A stretch of 63,984 bases of DNA, the filler included, from Olpidium bornovanus S191 (taxonomy: Eukaryota > Fungi > Olpidiomycota): NCBI GenBank assembly GCA_017911155.1. It is 29 parts of 29 records of this genome, joined end to end, with 100 filler letters (N's around TTAATTAATTAA, not from the genome) between each part and the next. Parts side by side here need not be neighbours in the genome. Positions count along the whole stretch, not along the records: positions 35,316 to 36,447 come from JAEFCI010003983.1; positions 36,548 to 37,987 come from JAEFCI010007853.1; positions 38,088 to 43,336 come from JAEFCI010000710.1; positions 43,437 to 44,899 come from JAEFCI010012088.1; positions 45,000 to 46,343 come from JAEFCI010010997.1; positions 46,444 to 48,093 come from JAEFCI010013399.1; positions 48,194 to 50,285 come from JAEFCI010000071.1; 22 more parts are not named here. One strand, given 5' to 3'. Under the pieces are notes generated by a model. That model saw nothing but the letters and a program-made list of their open reading frames with translations. It was not told the DNA's origin and did not search any database. Positions within the stretch are counted from its first letter, which is position 1, and each line of letters opens with the position of its first letter. Position numbers and translations under genes: made by a program. Shown here in pieces: positions 36,016 to 48,469 of the stretch.

Positions 36016-38087
36016 GGCCGCGCTGCGCTCCCGGCAGATCGTGCTCCGGCAGCGCGGAAGAGCGGCTTTCGCGAGGGTCTTGGGGACGGGGCGACGGCGG
36101 CGGGCCGCGTGTGGAGGCCCCGCACTCGGGGCGCCGGAGCGAGGCGGCGGTCGGCGGCGACGCGTGGAACCCACAAGCTGTCTACTCCTTTCCGTCCCCG
36201 CACACGCCCGCGGAGAGGGGCCGCGCGCGCGCGGCTCTGAGGGGCCGCAGCGGTGGCGCGGACGGGCGAAAAACGCGACGCTTGTCGCCGCTCGGTCTCC
36301 TGGAGCTCGGAGGGGGGGGGGAGGGGGGGAAGGGAGGTCGCCGTCCGAGACTCTCTCCTCTTTCGCGACCGAGCGCGCTGCGCCGTCTGCTCCGAAACGC
36401 CGGCGGACCCCTCCCGCGCGCGATTTTTTCGTCTTTGGAATCGGCCCNNNNNNNNNNNNNNNNNNNNNNNNNNNNNNNNNNNNNNNNNNNNTTAATTAAT
36501 TAANNNNNNNNNNNNNNNNNNNNNNNNNNNNNNNNNNNNNNNNNNNNCATGACGAACGGCGGAAAAGAGAAAGGGGTAGAGAGGATTTCCAGGCGGATAA
36601 GACGTGGGGGGAGGAGGATTCGCTGGGATTTTCGGTTATGTCCCTTTCCCTCCCCCAATGGTTGAACAGCTTGTGAGAGCCGGTGTTCACGCCGCACACC
36701 CGCGAGCCATTAGAAGAGTTAGTTTGGCTTCTCCGCCCCGCTCAACGAACTGCAAACGTTTACTACGGCCGGGAGTGTGCGTGTGCGTGTGCGTGTAAGG
36801 GAGGGGGTTGGGTGTGTGCGTGGGAAGAGGGGCCAGGGGGTGTAGGATTCGGGGAGTTTTCAGGGTTTGGAGGAGATTCAAAAAAGCTTCTCTATTCCGC
36901 TATTCTAACCGGCTTTACAGAGGGGATTTCAGGTGTTCAATCCGGTGGGTGTTTCAGGGCGAAACCCCGGCGGGCGCAGTGCACTTTATCTTTTGTTTCA
37001 GGCTGCGTTTCACAGGGGAAGGAGGGGCGCCGGGTCTGTGGCTGCTTATCTCGGGTCTGTGGCTGCTTATCTTGAAATCCAATTTACATCCAATTTTGCC
37101 CTTCCGCCCTGCCAGCAACCTTGGATCGGCTCGCAAAGTCCCGCGTCCCGCGACGTTTTGGTGTGCGCTGCCAGTTCGGCGCGGATGGCCGGCTGCGCAC
37201 CCCTCTCCTCGGTGTGCTTCGGCAAAACGACGCCGGGTCACCTTTCCCCCCGTCATGGCGTCCCCCCACAGTAGCAAGCCAAATTGGCCGGCTTGTCCAT
37301 GATGGACCAGGGAGAAGAGACAGCCGAACGGTTCTGACGATTTCCTAAAACCTGCGACTTTCATAAAACGCGCGAAAACTCCAATTATAAACGGGAAAAC
37401 ATGTGGCGAGAATATCCAGGAGATTGCCAGCTCCGCGAATTTCAAGGATTTTTCAAGCACCACCAGCGAAGAGGAAGAGGTACGAGGCGTGTTGCGCATT
37501 CTCCCAAAAACGCAAAGCTACGCTGGCCGATGCTAATGGGAAAGTACATCGTCGCCACGATCTGAAATGTCGTGTCAAGCTTTCGTTTCCTTTTTCGTTT
37601 CCACCGATGCGTGCGTGTGTCGCTATTTTTTTTTTTTTTACCTGCGTGCAATCATTTACCATGAGGTTCTGGGAACTATCAGAAGGAGAGAGTTGATTTC
37701 TTTCGCGACCAAGATGAAAAAAAAAAAAATTAGCACGAAGTCGAAAACCGGCATGAAAACGTTACCTTCAAACCCATCGGGCAAGAAAAAAATTCCTTGG
37801 ATTTCCCGAAGCCGTTTAGCGAGCAAAATTCGTATTTGCGGCTTTCCTCTAAAACTATTGGGAGTGCGGAGAAGCAGAAGTCCCGTGAACTTGTTGTCTG
37901 GTATTTCTTTTATAAAGTCTCGGTCCACAAAACGTTGTCAGTCTTTCGAATACCACGGCGCTGTCAGGGCGCGAAGATAACGTCATGNNNNNNNNNNNNN
38001 NNNNNNNNNNNNNNNNNNNNNNNNNNNNNNNTTAATTAATTAANNNNNNNNNNNNNNNNNNNNNNNNNNNNNNNNNNNNNNNNNNNN

Positions 38088-39284
38088 CATGGGAGACCGC
38101 ACACACCTGCAATCCACTCATAACTACGCCTGTGAGCTGCGGAACCGCTGGCTGCCCGGGCTCTTCCAGAGCGGTAAAAACGTCGGCAATTTGTTGGATT
38201 TCGTTTATGAATTCGGCATCAACCTGGTTTTTGCGGAACGTCCCCCCTGGATTTTAGTAGCTGGCGAGAAGCACGGTTCGGCAAGTAAAAGACAATGTCT
38301 CGCAACTAACTGTTTTCGTCATATCGAAAACGTCCGTTTTTAAATCCGAAAATCCTAATCGAAACAAGTCCAATGCTTCGGACGCAGGGCGCCGCGATGG
38401 AAACTCGGGTGGAACCCGCTGCTCTGCCAACAGCATCGACGTTGCAAAATTGTTACCAAGAATAACCTACTTCGTCAACTTTCCTCCAATGTCATAGGGT
38501 GAAAGCAAAGTGCGTTTCGCAACGTACTGTAAGGTCGGCTGCCATCAGCAGTCCGGTGTCAGACTTTCTCGTCACTGCCGTACTGCGAAGATCGCGGGGT
38601 TGCGCAACTAAATCAGCTGCTTCTTCCATCGACTTGAAATGTTCCGCTAGACCGGATGGCACGGCATTGATACGAAACGCAGGCTCCAACATAGGAAAAA
38701 TCTCTGCAATTAGTGCGTAAGGTTCAGAACAGGAGCCTGGCTCCCGCAAACACGACCTTGCGACGCTACGTAAACCACCAGCAAGTCGCCCGCGTTTGGC
38801 GGCCAAGGTCAACTTACGCGGGACGATCTCGGCCAGAACCCCCACGACCTCAATAACCGCAAATGCGCCCGCCCGACTGGACTGGTTTGTCACCGGTGTA
38901 ATGCTGGCAAAGGATGGGCTAGTCGTCCACTTCGGCATTCCTAGCGATGTGGCCGCGCCTGTGACGCCTGCCGCATACGCGAACATGCCTGGCAAACTGG
39001 AGAAGGAAACCTCCGGGATCCCTTCGTCGGACGGCGCGAACGGGGGTGATTCATATAGCAGGAAAGGCGCCTTGGCAATAAACAGCGAAGCGGTTGCTGA
39101 ACGTTGCGGCGCGCGCCCGCGAAGGCAGAGAGAGTGGAAACAGGTGGGCGGACGTGATTTAACGCTGAAGGGCAACGACGGTGTGTTCCTCCCTACCTGC
39201 TTGCGTGGCTCCGGTCGCACAGCAACAGAGTAAGGCAAGCGCAGCATAGGACGCGACGGCTCCCGAGAGCGCCTCGAGCATCAT
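38088..39284 (-). CDS. Signal-peptide protein resembling the ATP6AP2/(pro)renin receptor ectodomain, 3' truncated
   Basis: Signal peptide MMLEALSGAVASYAALALLCCCATGATQA|GTAGGG. Exon 2 has EGIPEVSF..KW..RAGAFAVIEVVGV. A later exon has VDAEFINEIQQIADVFTAL, compared with human ATP6AP2 VDLLFLSELQVLHDISSLL. Confidence 0.5.
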
Positions 39285-41689
39285 GGCGGGTTGCTGCGGG
39301 CGGTTCCTGGCGAGGCCGTGGAGTCGGAGGAAGGAGGGTGTGGAGGGGGGGAAAGCGGGGGATGGTGCAGGGGTGTGTGCCCTCTCAGCGAAAGCCGCCC
39401 TCGCGGCAGAACGCGGCGGGGCGCGGGACCGCAGGCGGTCGCGGCCGAGAGCGGCTGGCAGCCGGAAGGAGCGATCCGCCGGCCACCAGCCCTGCCAGGA
39501 GCACTGCACGCCGCAAATACTCCCCTCAGATCTCGTTGGGTTGACGTCACCAAATGTGGCGCATTTGCCTTAGCTGGCTCTGGGCACGAAAAACGACAAA
39601 TCCGCTGGGAACTTCGCGTTTTCAAAGATAGCACCAGGGTGTACCGTAAGCTTTGGTCTGACCCAGTCGCCCAGATTTCTTCGGCCCTGATTGCCGATCA
39701 AAAAATTATGGCAGGAACGGGGTGCACACTAACTGTGTCAGTTCCGCCTTTCTGGAACCCAGTCTGACAAGGATCTTGCAGTGTTTTGGTTTCCGGCATC
39801 CCGATGAGGGTTGGGTAGCGCGAATGATCTTTGATTTTGTTGACTAAATAAACACACTTTGTTCTCAGCAACTACACATCGCACAGGAATGAATTTTATA
39901 TAGCGTTAGAAAGCTCTTTGCATGTCAAGTTTCACAATGATTTGTAAGCAGCAATAAAACGTCGAGTTTTTGCTGGAGTATGTGATATTCAAGTCATCGC
40001 TGGTGAAATAGCTTACATGCGGGGAATGTTAATTTCCTTGTATGCAATCCAAAAGATATCTTGAATTCTATGGTTTTCTGTATCTGGTAATGTTAAGATT
40101 TATGGTTCCCCAAACTCCGCCGTGCTGTTGGTAAAGGGGCCAAGATCTGGAGCTGCTAGAATTAGACTTGTTGTATCCAGATGCGCTGGCTTACAGACTG
40201 GGAGATCACCAATACCGCGTTTTTCTCGCTATAGGCTTTTGTCGCCGTCCTCCGTCTTCAGCAATAAGCTGGACCCCATCGCAGTGTGTAAGTTGGCGAG
40301 CCGGTGGCCCTTGTTTCGTTTCGTTGTCCCGGATTTGGTTGGGTGTGTCGTAACCTAACACGTCCGTCGTATCACACACCACAGAACTCTGCAAGCTGGA
40401 CTCCACCGGTAAGTACTGACAGAACTGCGAAGTGCGTGACGCAAACCAAGCGGATTACTAGCGGCTTCTTACTGAGATACAACAGGGATTATAGGGAATG
40501 AAACAAAGACAGTTCCATTGGGACTAAAGATAATGAGATGGAATAAAGCAGCAGTCAAGACGGAATAAAGCTGCAATTTTTGCAAAGGAATTTTAAAAGG
40601 AAATTTGAGGAGATAGACGTAGATGAGAACATTATTTGCGAAACAGTCAGTTATCAGGAGGTGTGCCCTCGTGAAACTGAGCTGGTTAAAATCTGCCGAG
40701 CTCATCAGCTTCAACATGCTAAGGCTGATGTCATTATCTGCTAAATTTTCCGATTTCGAAGTATCTTCGTACCAGTTCAGTGAGGTTCTCCTTGAACACA
40801 AGGACTTTTGAAAGCCGGCAACGCCACAGTCCGTGCCCAAGAAGCGCACCTCAGCGCGTGCTTCAAGAAGTGACAACACGTTGCTTCCTAACTGTCATCG
40901 TACCGTCTTTATTGTCACCTGTACATCCCACCAAACCCTAACCCCAAACGCCCTGCAGCTGACCGTCGTCACCCATTGTTGACAGCACCCAGCCACACCT
41001 GTTTGACGATGCTTTGGAAAGCAGTTCAATCAATACCGCACATATCTCCTTTCTTGGGTTTCTTGGAAGCTTCTTTGCTGTTCGATGCACGTTACTTCGC
41101 TTCTGTCGATCACGCGCGAGTACATCGTTTCTTTTTTTTGGGTTGGTCAGTGTGCTCGGCCGGACAGGTGGTTCCTATTTGTCACCGATATGCATGTAGC
41201 TCATCAGCCTCCTTGCAAATGCGTCGATGACCCCTTTCTGGTCAGCTTTCAAATCAGCAAAAAGGAAAATACCTATCGGCCCTGTGCAGTCCCGCTTACC
41301 CTGAAACCGGGCTGCCTTTCGGCACCAACCGGCCGCTTCTTCTCGAATCATCGAGCGCATTAAGTCTACAGGCCAACCCCGGCCTTCCTTTGCAGTTTTC
41401 TACGGATGGCGTCCGGAATAGAACGACATGTTACGTGCACTGTGCACAAAACAGCACGGTGTGTGCGTAGCAGTCCTAGCTAACGCATAGTCCCCCATGG
41501 CGCACATCAGCTTGCCCGGGGCTTGTCATCAACATGCCGCTGATTGTCACAGGCCACAGACCACAGGCCAAAGACGTCCCGGGCGTTGTTTCCCCTGCAT
41601 CTCACACGACCAAACCGCTCAGGGCATTAACCCGGGCCAGCGGGAGAGCAGGCCCCAAGCTGCCCCGAGCTGGGAGCGACGGCTCAAAC

Positions 41690-43054
41690 ATGCCCGTCTG
41701 TCGGTCCCTCGGGTTGCGTGTCGCATCGAGCGGACCACATGCGGCTTTCATGCCGCGCAGCGGCTGCTGTGAGCACCTCCTGCGCACGCCGCTCTCCGTC
41801 GGGCCCTCGGCGGTTGTTCCCAGTTTCCCTTCCCGGATTGCCGGGAGGGCCGGAGTCAGAACGCAGCCAGAGACCAAGTCGGCGTCGGAAATCTGCGCGT
41901 CGGCAAGGTGGGGGAACCGGCCGTGCGAGAACGGGCGCGAGAGGCTGTCCAGGCGATCTTTTCGGTCTGAATTGTTTTTTTGCCTACTGCGTGTACGTAG
42001 TATGATCGTCGCCGCAAAAGACGATCTCGGCGTTGGAAAACGCGCTGGAGACGAGGACTACAAAATCCTCTTTCTGCAGCGTTCGACCACGGGAACGTTT
42101 CGGGGCGCGCTCGTCTTCCCGGGGGGCGCCACTGAAGTGGCGGACGACCCCGTTAAGTGGCCGCAGCTTTTTCCGGGCGCGCAGGCCAGGTAAATGCGCG
42201 GAGGAACCCGCCGCTGACATGGTTTTCAGGAAGCGAGGCTTTCACGTTTTTTGGTAAATACCATGGGGTCCGTTAACAGTCCCACCAATCCGTTCCGTAA
42301 AAGGGATCACCTGGGTGCCCACCGTATCTGCGCCGTACGCGAGACTTTCGAAGAGTGCGGAGTCTTGTTCACAACGCCAACTCCGGAAGAGAACGGTACG
42401 AGTTGGCAAGCGCTGGAATTCGCTCGGGATGAGGTGGGTCTTTGGGTAACAAGCAGTGGCAGTCCGGATTGAATCACATTAGTTATCGCGCGTCATATAT
42501 CCCAGGTCCAGCGGGACGCTTGTGCATTCCATCGGTTCTGCTCGTTGCACCGCCTTATCCCGGACGTCAACCGCCTCGTGTACTTCTCCCGATGGATCAC
42601 CCCGGCCAACCTGTCTCGCCGGTTTGACACCCACTTTTTCCTGTTCGCGTCGCCCTCGCCTATTTCCCGGCTCAACGACGCGATATCCGTCGACGGAGGC
42701 GAAACCGTGAAGGCGGAGTGGCTCCGGCCTTCGGAAGCCCTCCGCGCGGCCCAGGAGAGCAGGATTGATTTCTGGCCGCCGCAGTTTCACGCGGTCGCGG
42801 AGCTGACGCGGTACGCGCCGCGTCACGCGGACATCGAACGTGTTTTCCGTGGCCGCGAGGTGGTCACCTACCTGCCCGAAGTAAACAGAGAAGGTGATGC
42901 CATATTTGGCGCCCTCCCCGGTGACGTGGCACACTCTTTGAGCAGGTCCACGGCGAGACCCGGAGACAGAAACCGTTTCTATTCCAGGCTTGACCAAGGG
43001 AATTTAAAACCGTACAGGATGGAGAATAACATTAACCGGGAGTCGAAAATATGA
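41690..43054 (+). CDS. NUDT19: NUDT19-like Nudix hydrolase (acyl-CoA diphosphatase family), complete
   Basis: SASMIVAAK, ILFLQRS..ALVFPGG, Nudix box AVRETFEECGV, FSRWITP..RRFDTHFF, DGGETVKAEWLRPSEAL and FWPPQF. It ends in SKI*. Exon 1 and the start are less certain. Confidence 0.85.
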
Positions 43055-44359
43055 TTTGTCACGTCCGTAATATTCCAATATGAAGGGCAACGTGTTTGTA
43101 ATATTCCGGCCATCATCCAACTGACCGCATCGCTCGCATTCATCGCTAATGTGAAGCCGTCGAACGGCTGACTTTTGCGACGCGGCCAGAGGACCAGGTT
43201 TGCGGTAGACCGTTACCGCTGTCACGCACGTCGCTCGGCCATCATTCGTGATAATGAAGTCGCCGGTAGCACTTGGCCAAAGTTCCAACGAATGCCGCAC
43301 GAAGCAGTGCTTTCGCTTGCACGTGCGTGTCACATGNNNNNNNNNNNNNNNNNNNNNNNNNNNNNNNNNNNNNNNNNNNNTTAATTAATTAANNNNNNNN
43401 NNNNNNNNNNNNNNNNNNNNNNNNNNNNNNNNNNNNCATGCGATATCATACATAAAGCATTGACTGTAATATGTCAAATTGTATCTCAATACGTTTCAAG
43501 CTCTCCGACTGCCCTTGTTTGCTTCAAGCAGTACAAATCCTTTCGCAAAAATTATTCCTCTAACTTGCACCACAACAAATTGGGGAATCCGAGGACGAGC
43601 TATTTTATTGTCTTTGTTGTCCTATCTTTTCCGCTGCTTTCCCCGACCACCATCCCATCTTTTGATCCACCCCTTTTGTCCCATCAATCAACCCTGTTGA
43701 ATCCCTGCTGCCCCCTCAAGGTTTGATCACCGCTTAGTCTTATTTCAATTTCGGTTTGCCTTGACATCGGCCGATTCCGTTGCGCCGCCGCCGCTCACGA
43801 GGTTCAGAAGGAGCACTCCCGTAAACGGGCCCGCACGAACTGCCAACGACCAATGCTGTTCCTACAGCTTTGACAGCCCTCGCTTTGATCGCTTCCGGAC
43901 CGACTGCCACCGTTCGCATCGCTGCTGTCACCCCGTCATTGTTGCGGAAGTTTTGCAGTGTTTGCGACAGGCAGCCAGTCGCTAAGCTCAAGGTATTTTC
44001 TGGAGTTTGCCCCGCGGTTATGACGGGTAACGATCCCTCTCTCGCATTATCTTTTCTAAACTCTTTCTCAGACGTCTCTCTCTCTATCTTCCTCCACATC
44101 CTTGATCCCTTTCTCTTTAGACAAATCGGTGGAGAAAACGGTGCTCTGAGAGTTTCCACTGTTTTGGGGCGCGGCTCTAGATGCGTCTTCGGTCCTTGCC
44201 GTCTCCTCATTTTGCCTCTCCTCTGCCGCTGCGCCCAACTGATTTTCCTCTACGCGCCCAGACTATCGCGTTTTTGTCTCCTATTTCGCCTTCGTGTTTC
44301 CTGGCGAAATTAAATAGAATTTTTTGGCACAATCTCCGTTTGGTGCGGCTGTGCGGCTT

Positions 44360-44899
44360 TCAATCCCCTTCCACCGGTTCCTTGCTTTGCCCAAAGTTCT
44401 TCTGCGGTAACCTTCGCCGGTGTTTTGCCCCGCCGCTGTAGCACATAATCGCCGTTGACGTCACAACAATGCTTCGTATATTTTCTCCGTCCAAAAGCAG
44501 AAATTCTTTTACATCGTCGGCTGTGATGGAGTATGATGTATCTGTCACCGCCTCCATCCCTCTTCCCGTCAAAGCACCGACACGCTCAACCTGACCGTCC
44601 CCGCTTTTGGCTTGGTCGAATGCATTGCCGCCAAGGCCTTTCCGACCGCCGACGCTGACGCTCAAGTGCTCGGTGTCGTGAAAAACCAGCATGCTGCTGC
44701 CTCGTGGCACGATCGTGCAAACGACCGCACTTGGCGTCGAATGCGCCGCTGCTGTTTTCTGCGACTTCGACGCTGCCATAAATGCCGTCATTGCTGACCC
44801 GACCGTTTTGCACGTCTACCTTCACATCGCTTTGAAGGACCTCCAGCCAACCATCACCGATGCCGCCACCCCCTGGCGCCATGCCCACGGCTCAGGCGC
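44360..44899 (-). CDS. Hypothetical protein fragment
   Basis: Open frame with complex, globular-looking composition (VLFHDTEHL-like and EFLLLDGENIRSIVVT segments). No family recognised. Confidence 0.3.
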
Positions 44900-45345
44900 N
44901 NNNNNNNNNNNNNNNNNNNNNNNNNNNNNNNNNNNNNNNNNNNTTAATTAATTAANNNNNNNNNNNNNNNNNNNNNNNNNNNNNNNNNNNNNNNNNNNNA
45001 AAAAAAAAACCAAAAAGAAAACAATAAGAAAAAACAAAAAAAGAAAACACCAAAAAAAAAAACAAAGAAAGATAATAAAAACGAAAAAAATATGAAAAAC
45101 AAAAAATATAAGATAAAAAACAAAAAAACAAAAATTAAAGAAGAGGGAGATCGACTCCCTCCCAAAGGCGGCAGACTGTCAAAGAAGCACATCGACCATG
45201 ATGCCGTAAAGCAGACTACCGTCCACAACAGTGTCTCCACAAGGGTTGGAAGTCCCCCATACCGGGGTAGTTTGTGTGGACATGCGGTCTGAATATCCAA
45301 AAAAACAAAATAAAAACAAATTATAACCAAAATTAAATCTCTTAC

Positions 45346-46095
45346 GAGTACGACCGGCACGCCCGGAACCTTGCTGCGCTCTATTGCGGCGCGGACGTCG
45401 CCCATCACTTCGTCCCAGCCGTCCATGTAGCCGAGCCGACCTCCGCGACGGCCGGTGCGCCCGAAACCGCGCTGGTCGTACCCGTGAACAAGAAAATTGC
45501 GCTCCTCGGCGAACATTTTGAAAACGCGGTCGTAGCGGTCGATGTGCTCGCCTGCGGCATAATACGCGGAAAGGCCCCCCCAAACCAAAAGAAAAACAAA
45601 AGTCCGGGAGGTAGCGTGGGGAAAGGGGGGGAAGGACAAGATTTCGTCGAGCGGGGGGGGGGGGTCAAGAGTTTCAAAAGACGGTGACCCCGCGAGTTGC
45701 TGCCCGCAGAAAAACAGCTTACCGAAGCCGTGGACGGCGACGACGACGGCAGCGGGCGGCTGAACCATGTTCTGCGGAGAGAGACGGCCGGAGCCCCCCC
45801 CCCCCGAAGTCGCGAACGTGTGACAAGGTGCAGAGGGAAGGGCGATAAGGCTTGGCGCGAACCAGCAAACACCCCTCGGTCCCCCCCCCCCACCGGCAGT
45901 CCGCGAGCGTGTTGGCGCGCGCGCGCGCGCAAGGGGTGTTCTCCCCGCGCGGCAGGGGTGGGCCCGGCGTACCTTCCAGGTGCGCGCGTAGATCTCCCTG
46001 CCTCGGACGTCCACCCACTGGCCGAGGCACTCGTTCTCCTTCTCCTTCTGGCGGAACGCGGCGGCGTCGGGGGGCTGCCACTCTCCGGCCATCAT
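45346..46095 (-). CDS. Monoglyceride lipase-like alpha/beta hydrolase (Hydrolase_4, Yju3-like), 5' part
   Basis: EIYARTWK|, AVVVAVHGFG|EHIDRY, VHGYDQRGFGRT and G.WDEVMGDVRAAI..PGVPVVL|. Confidence 0.85.
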
Positions 46096-46477
46096 TATTA
46101 TTGTCCGGCGCCCGGGGCGCGGGGTGTGGGGATGACGCGTATGCGGGACTTTGGACGGACCCTCTTCTCTTTTTGTTTTTTTTTTTTTTTTTTTTTGGTT
46201 TGGGAAGGAATACACAGAAATAGGACGGGGCCGCTCTCTTCCTACCCTCTCACACGAATGGAGTCGAACTACCAAGAGGAGAAAAGAAAACGAAGGAACA
46301 AAAAAAGAAAAGAGAATGGGAGTCGTGACAAAGTGTGCATGCANNNNNNNNNNNNNNNNNNNNNNNNNNNNNNNNNNNNNNNNNNNNTTAATTAATTAAN
46401 NNNNNNNNNNNNNNNNNNNNNNNNNNNNNNNNNNNNNNNNNNNCCCCCGAGCGGCTGTAATACGGCCGCCGCCGTAC

Positions 46478-46928
46478 CTCTTGGAAACAAATGATGTCCG
46501 GCGAGCCTAGCTCCCGAAAAAATTCCGCGTAATTCTTGCACCGACCCGACCACGCAGGGTCCTGGAAGACAGACCTAATGCCTGAGGGTTCACGAAGCAC
46601 CGGAAGAGCAGGTGGGGGGGGGGCAGGCGTTCGACTTTTCACGTCAGCCGAAAAACCGCGTTCGAGGACCTGCATTTGTCACGGTCCAACGCGTACCGTT
46701 GATGTTCCAGGATAGCAGCTTGAGTCCCTTGTCGGAGGTAACGCCACTGGAGCTCTGCGGCAGTTCCACCGGTTCGACCGCTGCCGGTCTTCGCGCCCGT
46801 CCGGTCGCCGCTCGTGCTGCTTCTGGTGCTGCGCCAAGGTCCAAAGCCAAATCGACCGCTGAAGCACCTGCTGCTTCTGCCGCGCCCGGGGTTTCTGCTT
46901 CCCGCGCACCGCTCGGCAGCAGTTCCAT
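46478..46928 (-). CDS. APN2: ExoIII-family AP endonuclease (Apn2/APEX2), 5' part
   Basis: Spliced reading LKLLSWNIN|GIRSVFQDPAW..YAEFFRELGSPDIICFQE|, the N-terminal EEP motifs. Confidence 0.85.
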
Positions 46929-47202
46929 CCTGGCGGGTGACGAGGCGGAGGGGAGCGGGAAGAAGCGGGACGTTCCGCGACGCGTGCCCTGTGTTTTGGC
47001 TCCGTTTTTCCTTTTTTTATTTTATTTTATTTTTTTTCTGAAAAGAAAGAAAAAATTGTTCCGTTGTCGCCAAAACCGCCGCCCCCGCCAACGATCTCTC
47101 TCGCAGGACCCCCGAGCCAGCTGAAAAAGCACCCCGTTCGTTTCCGCACAGCGGGAGCCGCGCGCCGCAGCGAGGGCCCCGATCCGCCCTTGCACAATCC
47201 CC

Positions 47203-48093
47203 ATGGCCGCGGCTCCTCAGCCGGCTGCCAATTCCCAAGTCGCCTACCGAAGCGGTGGACGAAGACGGGCTGATGCGGCGGCGGTGGCACAGACCAAGCG
47301 CATCTTCGTCTACCGCAATGGAGACGCATTCAACCCGGGCAAGCGGGTCGTGGTGGCAGACCGCGTCTACCGCAACTGGGAAGCCCTCCTCGCCAGCCTA
47401 ACCAGCCTGCTCGACCTTACGGGCGCCGTGCGCAGGCTGTTTGACGTCGGAGGGAAAAGTGTCCGCCACCTCGACGAAATTTGCGACGGCGCCGACTACG
47501 TTGCCGCGCCCGGCGGGGAGACCTTCAGAAAGGTGGCCTACCCCGTTGCGGCCACCCACAGCCGCATGGCGCCCGCCGGCGGCGGAAACGGGCGGGAAGG
47601 CCGGGTGGGACGGTCGATCGCGCGCAAAGGGAGCGCCGCCGCACCCCGAAGTCCGACACGCGCGGACGCGGCAGTCGAGGCGGAGCAGGCGAGGAAAGCT
47701 CCCGGTGAAAAGTCGCGTGACTCGTCGGTCAGCCGCATGTTTGGGCCGACGGTAAGTTGAAGATTGGACGCACGCGGGTGCACGCTCACGCGCGGCGGGA
47801 AATCGTCGCCGGCGTTAAGCTTCATCCCCGATCTCGATCGATCCCGCGGCCCGCACACCCGGAGGGAGGGGGCGGGGACCGATATCGTAGAGGGTCTTTC
47901 TTTATGATATTGACTTGACATATTTGTCTACCCATATTCCCGTTCCCTACCGCGTCTGAGGAAGTCCAAGGGCATGCGGATGCACCTCTTCATTAACGGC
48001 GACGCGTCGTTTCCGGGCGTCCGGTTCGTGTGCAACGCGCGGGTATGCAGGACGTTCGAACAATTGCTGACGGAGGTTTCAAAGGCTCTCGAG
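47203..48093 (+). CDS. Tandem doublecortin (DCX) domain protein, 3' truncated
   Basis: DCX1: KRIFVYRNGDAFNPGKRVVV..NWEALLASLT..GAVRRLFDVGGKSVRHLDEICDGADYVAA..ETF. DCX2: MHLFINGDASFPGVRFVCNARVCRTFEQLLTEVS. Confidence 0.9.
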
Positions 48094-48469
48094 NNNNNNN
48101 NNNNNNNNNNNNNNNNNNNNNNNNNNNNNNNNNNNNNTTAATTAATTAANNNNNNNNNNNNNNNNNNNNNNNNNNNNNNNNNNNNNNNNNNNNACGCGTG
48201 TTCCAGTTCGGCCGATCGCCCCGCGCCCCCCCGCGGGCCAGAAACCGGCCTCTTTGCCAAATATTGCGCTTCGCAATTTTCTTTGTAGATGCAAAGGGGT
48301 CCAGTGATTCCATGTCCCAACTCCAGCAGCAGGCCCCAAATTCAAGCTGCTTCCGTGGCTGCTTTGGCAAGGGCGATGTATTTGCTCTCCGTGCTTGACG
48401 TGGAGTGATCACTCCCTGACGACAACTTTGCCAGCTGAATGCCCCTCTCACAAATAGAAAAGGGCGCTT

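Noticed and set aside
29954-39284. Apparent clustering of V-ATPase-related genes (VMA8 and ATP6AP2-like), and of microtubule genes (DCX, BIM1)
   Set aside because: The genes are on different contigs joined arbitrarily, so no linkage can be inferred.
39906-39945. LINE RT-like motif IVKLDMQRAF on the minus strand
   Set aside because: It is a single motif followed by a stop, and no other RT motifs could be found nearby.
40936-40943. CCCTAACC telomere-like seeds (also near 56217)
   Set aside because: They are single units, not tandem arrays.
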